A stretch of DNA of 64,000 bases from Phoronis australis. Its lineage: Eukaryota; Animalia; Phoronida. The notes under the pieces are model-generated. The model made no database searches, was not told the DNA's origin, and worked only from the letters and a program-made list of their open reading frames with translations. The stretch spans positions 932,748-996,747 of the forward strand of contig NMRA01000076.1 in the NCBI GenBank assembly GCA_002633005.1, read 5' to 3'. The position numbers and the translations under genes are program-made. This document shows, one piece after another, positions 62,016 through 64,000 of this stretch (the stretch's first letter is position 1; every line of letters starts with the position of its first letter).

Positions 62016-63578
62016 ATGGCACCTACAGCTATAACTTTCAAAGGACGCGTGAAAAAATTCTGTGAGAATACGACCGCACACGGTTTAGGACAAACTGTAG
62101 AAACGGGCAATAAATTGAAGACAATTTTCTGGACAGTTGTGTTTCTTGTGGCTTTGGCAGGATGTGTTTGGAACATCTACTACGTTGCCGAGGCGTACTT
62201 AAGTTTTGGATTTAGCGTCAAATCCAGACTCGAACAGCACCCGAGTTCATTGGTATTTCCAAGTGTAACAATTTGTAACTTGAATCCAATCAGTTCCTCA
62301 AAGCGGGCCAAATTTATGGGAGAATTTAAACGACAAACAGGGTTATCAGAGAAAGACTGCGATAACGAATATAAGCTATCCGATTCCGAACGTTCAGAAA
62401 ATTTGTATTTATACAGATGGTCAGAGAAGCCAAAATTTTGGTTTGAATACAACGAGAATGTTACAGAAATGTTAGGCCATTCAAAGAAGGACTTCGTTGT
62501 AGATTGCATGTTTGAAAGCTTTCCTGGTTGTGAAGAGAATTTCGCTCTCATTAAAGATCCCAACCTGTACAACTGCTACACTTTCAAATCTTACAAAGGC
62601 CACAGACCACGCGTAGGAGTTGAGATGGGGTTGTCGTTAATTCTGTTTCTGGAAAATACATATTCCCACGATCAACTCGTCGACGGTTTACCCATTGATT
62701 CGTATAGCGCTGGAAACGTAGGTGCTAAGCTTGTCATTCATGAGCCTGGGTCACATCCAAACCCCAACACACGTGGAATCACTGTGGAAGTTGGTAAAAC
62801 TACTAACATAATTCTACGGACTGTGAATAAACGGGCTTTAGGGCCTCCGTATCCCTCGCCGTGTAATGCCCAAAAGAAAATTAATTCCAGTAATGGTAAC
62901 AGATATTCGTACGAAGAAGAATTGTGCACCGTAAGCTGCATTCAAAAAGCCTTGGCTGAAAGATGCGGATGCGTTTCAATAGACTACATAGCTGACAAAT
63001 TTAGAAATGACGTTCCATTCTGCGGAAGTCATCCCTGTAATGCGACGAAAGTGATGGAAAATTATGAGTGTCTTAATAATGTCGCCAATGACTTCATATA
63101 CAAAACCGACCCCAGTTGCCAGCACTGCACCAAACCTTGTAACGCGGTTACTTTTGATTATACTATGTATCAGTCCAAATGGCCTGCAGCTTTGTACCAT
63201 CCAGATCTTCTGCAATGGTTCGTAAACAAGGATGATAGCACATTGTATAGCCAAATCTTAAGAAACATTTCAGCCGATGACATTCCTCAATTTGTTGAAA
63301 ACAATTTCCTTCGAATCAACATCCATTTTGGTGATTATTATGTCCGCACGGATACGGAAACGTTGGATACTGACGGGTTCTCCTTGCTCTGTAATATAGG
63401 AGGAGCATTTGGCTTCTGGATTGGAGTTTCTGTCGTGACTGGAGTTGAGGTGTTGGCATTATTTTGTGACTTTATAGCCATCTTGGTCCATAAATGTACA
63501 AAGAGTAGAATTCAAGACAATCTTCAGATTTCGGAACATCGGGGTCAGGTAGCGCCTGTCCAGACACCCATCTACTAG
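62016..63578 (+). CDS. DEG/ENaC family sodium channel, FaNaC-like, paralog 4 (about 520 aa, retains the HG motif)
   Basis: FCENTTAHGLG, FPSVTICNLNP, thumb cysteines, LLCNIGGAFGFWIGVSVVTGVE. ATG at 62016 (gacATGG) follows an in-frame TGA at 61998. Confidence 0.95.
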   Translation: MAPTAITFKGRVKKFCENTTAHGLGQTVETGNKLKTIFWTVVFLVALAGCVWNIYYVAEAYLSFGFSVKSRLEQHPSSLVFPSVTICNLNPISSSKRAKFMGEFKRQTGLSEKDCDNEYKLSDSERSENLYLYRWSEKPKFWFEYNENVTEMLGHSKKDFVVDCMFESFPGCEENFALIKDPNLYNCYTFKSYKGHRPRVGVEMGLSLILFLENTYSHDQLVDGLPIDSYSAGNVGAKLVIHEPGSHPNPNTRGITVEVGKTTNIILRTVNKRALGPPYPSPCNAQKKINSSNGNRYSYEEELCTVSCIQKALAERCGCVSIDYIADKFRNDVPFCGSHPCNATKVMENYECLNNVANDFIYKTDPSCQHCTKPCNAVTFDYTMYQSKWPAALYHPDLLQWFVNKDDSTLYSQILRNISADDIPQFVENNFLRINIHFGDYYVRTDTETLDTDGFSLLCNIGGAFGFWIGVSVVTGVEVLALFCDFIAILVHKCTKSRIQDNLQISEHRGQVAPVQTPIY

Positions 63579-64000
63579 TCAGTTTATTGACTAATCAGGC
63601 TCGTAGCCTTCAGTTGGAAAGGGGCGTTGGGAAGCTTAAGATCTTAAACCTCTGCCATATTACTCATTCATCAATCGATGTTGTCACCAATCCATCGCCT
63701 TTCTCTGACCAAAGCCCTACCCTTCTCTATCCTCGCTTGTCTCGGGCCTTCTTGCGCCTTGAGAATTCTTTCACACACGCCGTTTCGGCTCTCGCAGACG
63801 CATATTACCATCTCGCACCGCTTTTCAAGTATCGTTGACATAATGTTTTGCTCGCACACGCATAAACCCCGCTCCTGCACATTATAACTTGCCCGCGAAA
63901 GCTATTCCCAAACCTCGTAGGCCTACGCCTTTCTCTTCTCTTAGGCCACTTCGTAAAACCCTCACTTATGAAGTCTCTTCTTTCACGCCATTTGTGCATG

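Noticed and set aside
2105-63254. Short antisense or alternate-frame ORFs overlapping the channel genes (e.g. 2105-2326, 12228-12476, 45077-45499, 62180-62572)
   Set aside because: They recur between paralogs only because the sense strand is conserved, and they show no independent motifs.
1-64000. CRISPR array, operon or prokaryotic defence system
   Set aside because: No repeat-spacer arrays or prokaryotic gene organisation. Spliceosomal introns, LINEs, MITEs and microsatellites show this is animal genomic DNA.

Overview
AT-rich eukaryotic DNA from an invertebrate animal, most plausibly a marine lophotrochozoan (inferred from the FaNaC-like channels and the repeat types; not provable from this window). 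The window is an ion-channel gene cluster. It holds four same-strand DEG/ENaC (FaNaC-like) paralogs, each with its whole channel ORF in one exon (about 2.1-3.7, 12.3-13.9, 44.4-46.0 and 62.0-63.6 kb). Between copies 2 and 3 sits a head-to-head pair of two-coding-exon Shaw/Kv3-like K+ channel genes (17.9-20.2 kb minus, 28.2-29.8 kb plus). The channels deviate from their families in consistent ways. The DEG/ENaCs have HG->HA in 3 of 4 copies, lack the TM2 'D-I-G-G' aspartate, and share an extra finger Cys plus an extra thumb Cys. Both Kv subunits keep the TVGYG filter but have PVP->PIA S6 gates and only 3 of 6 S4 charges, features of regulatory ('silent') subunits. Intergenic DNA contains TTAA-targeting Kolobok derivatives (THAP and KolX-like remnants), an Academ-like relic, LINE fragments, hAT and Harbinger MITEs, two unusual repeat architectures, microsatellites and one orphan coding-like exon. 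No prokaryotic features, rRNA, intact tRNA or CRISPR array were seen. All alignments were done by eye; no database searches were run.
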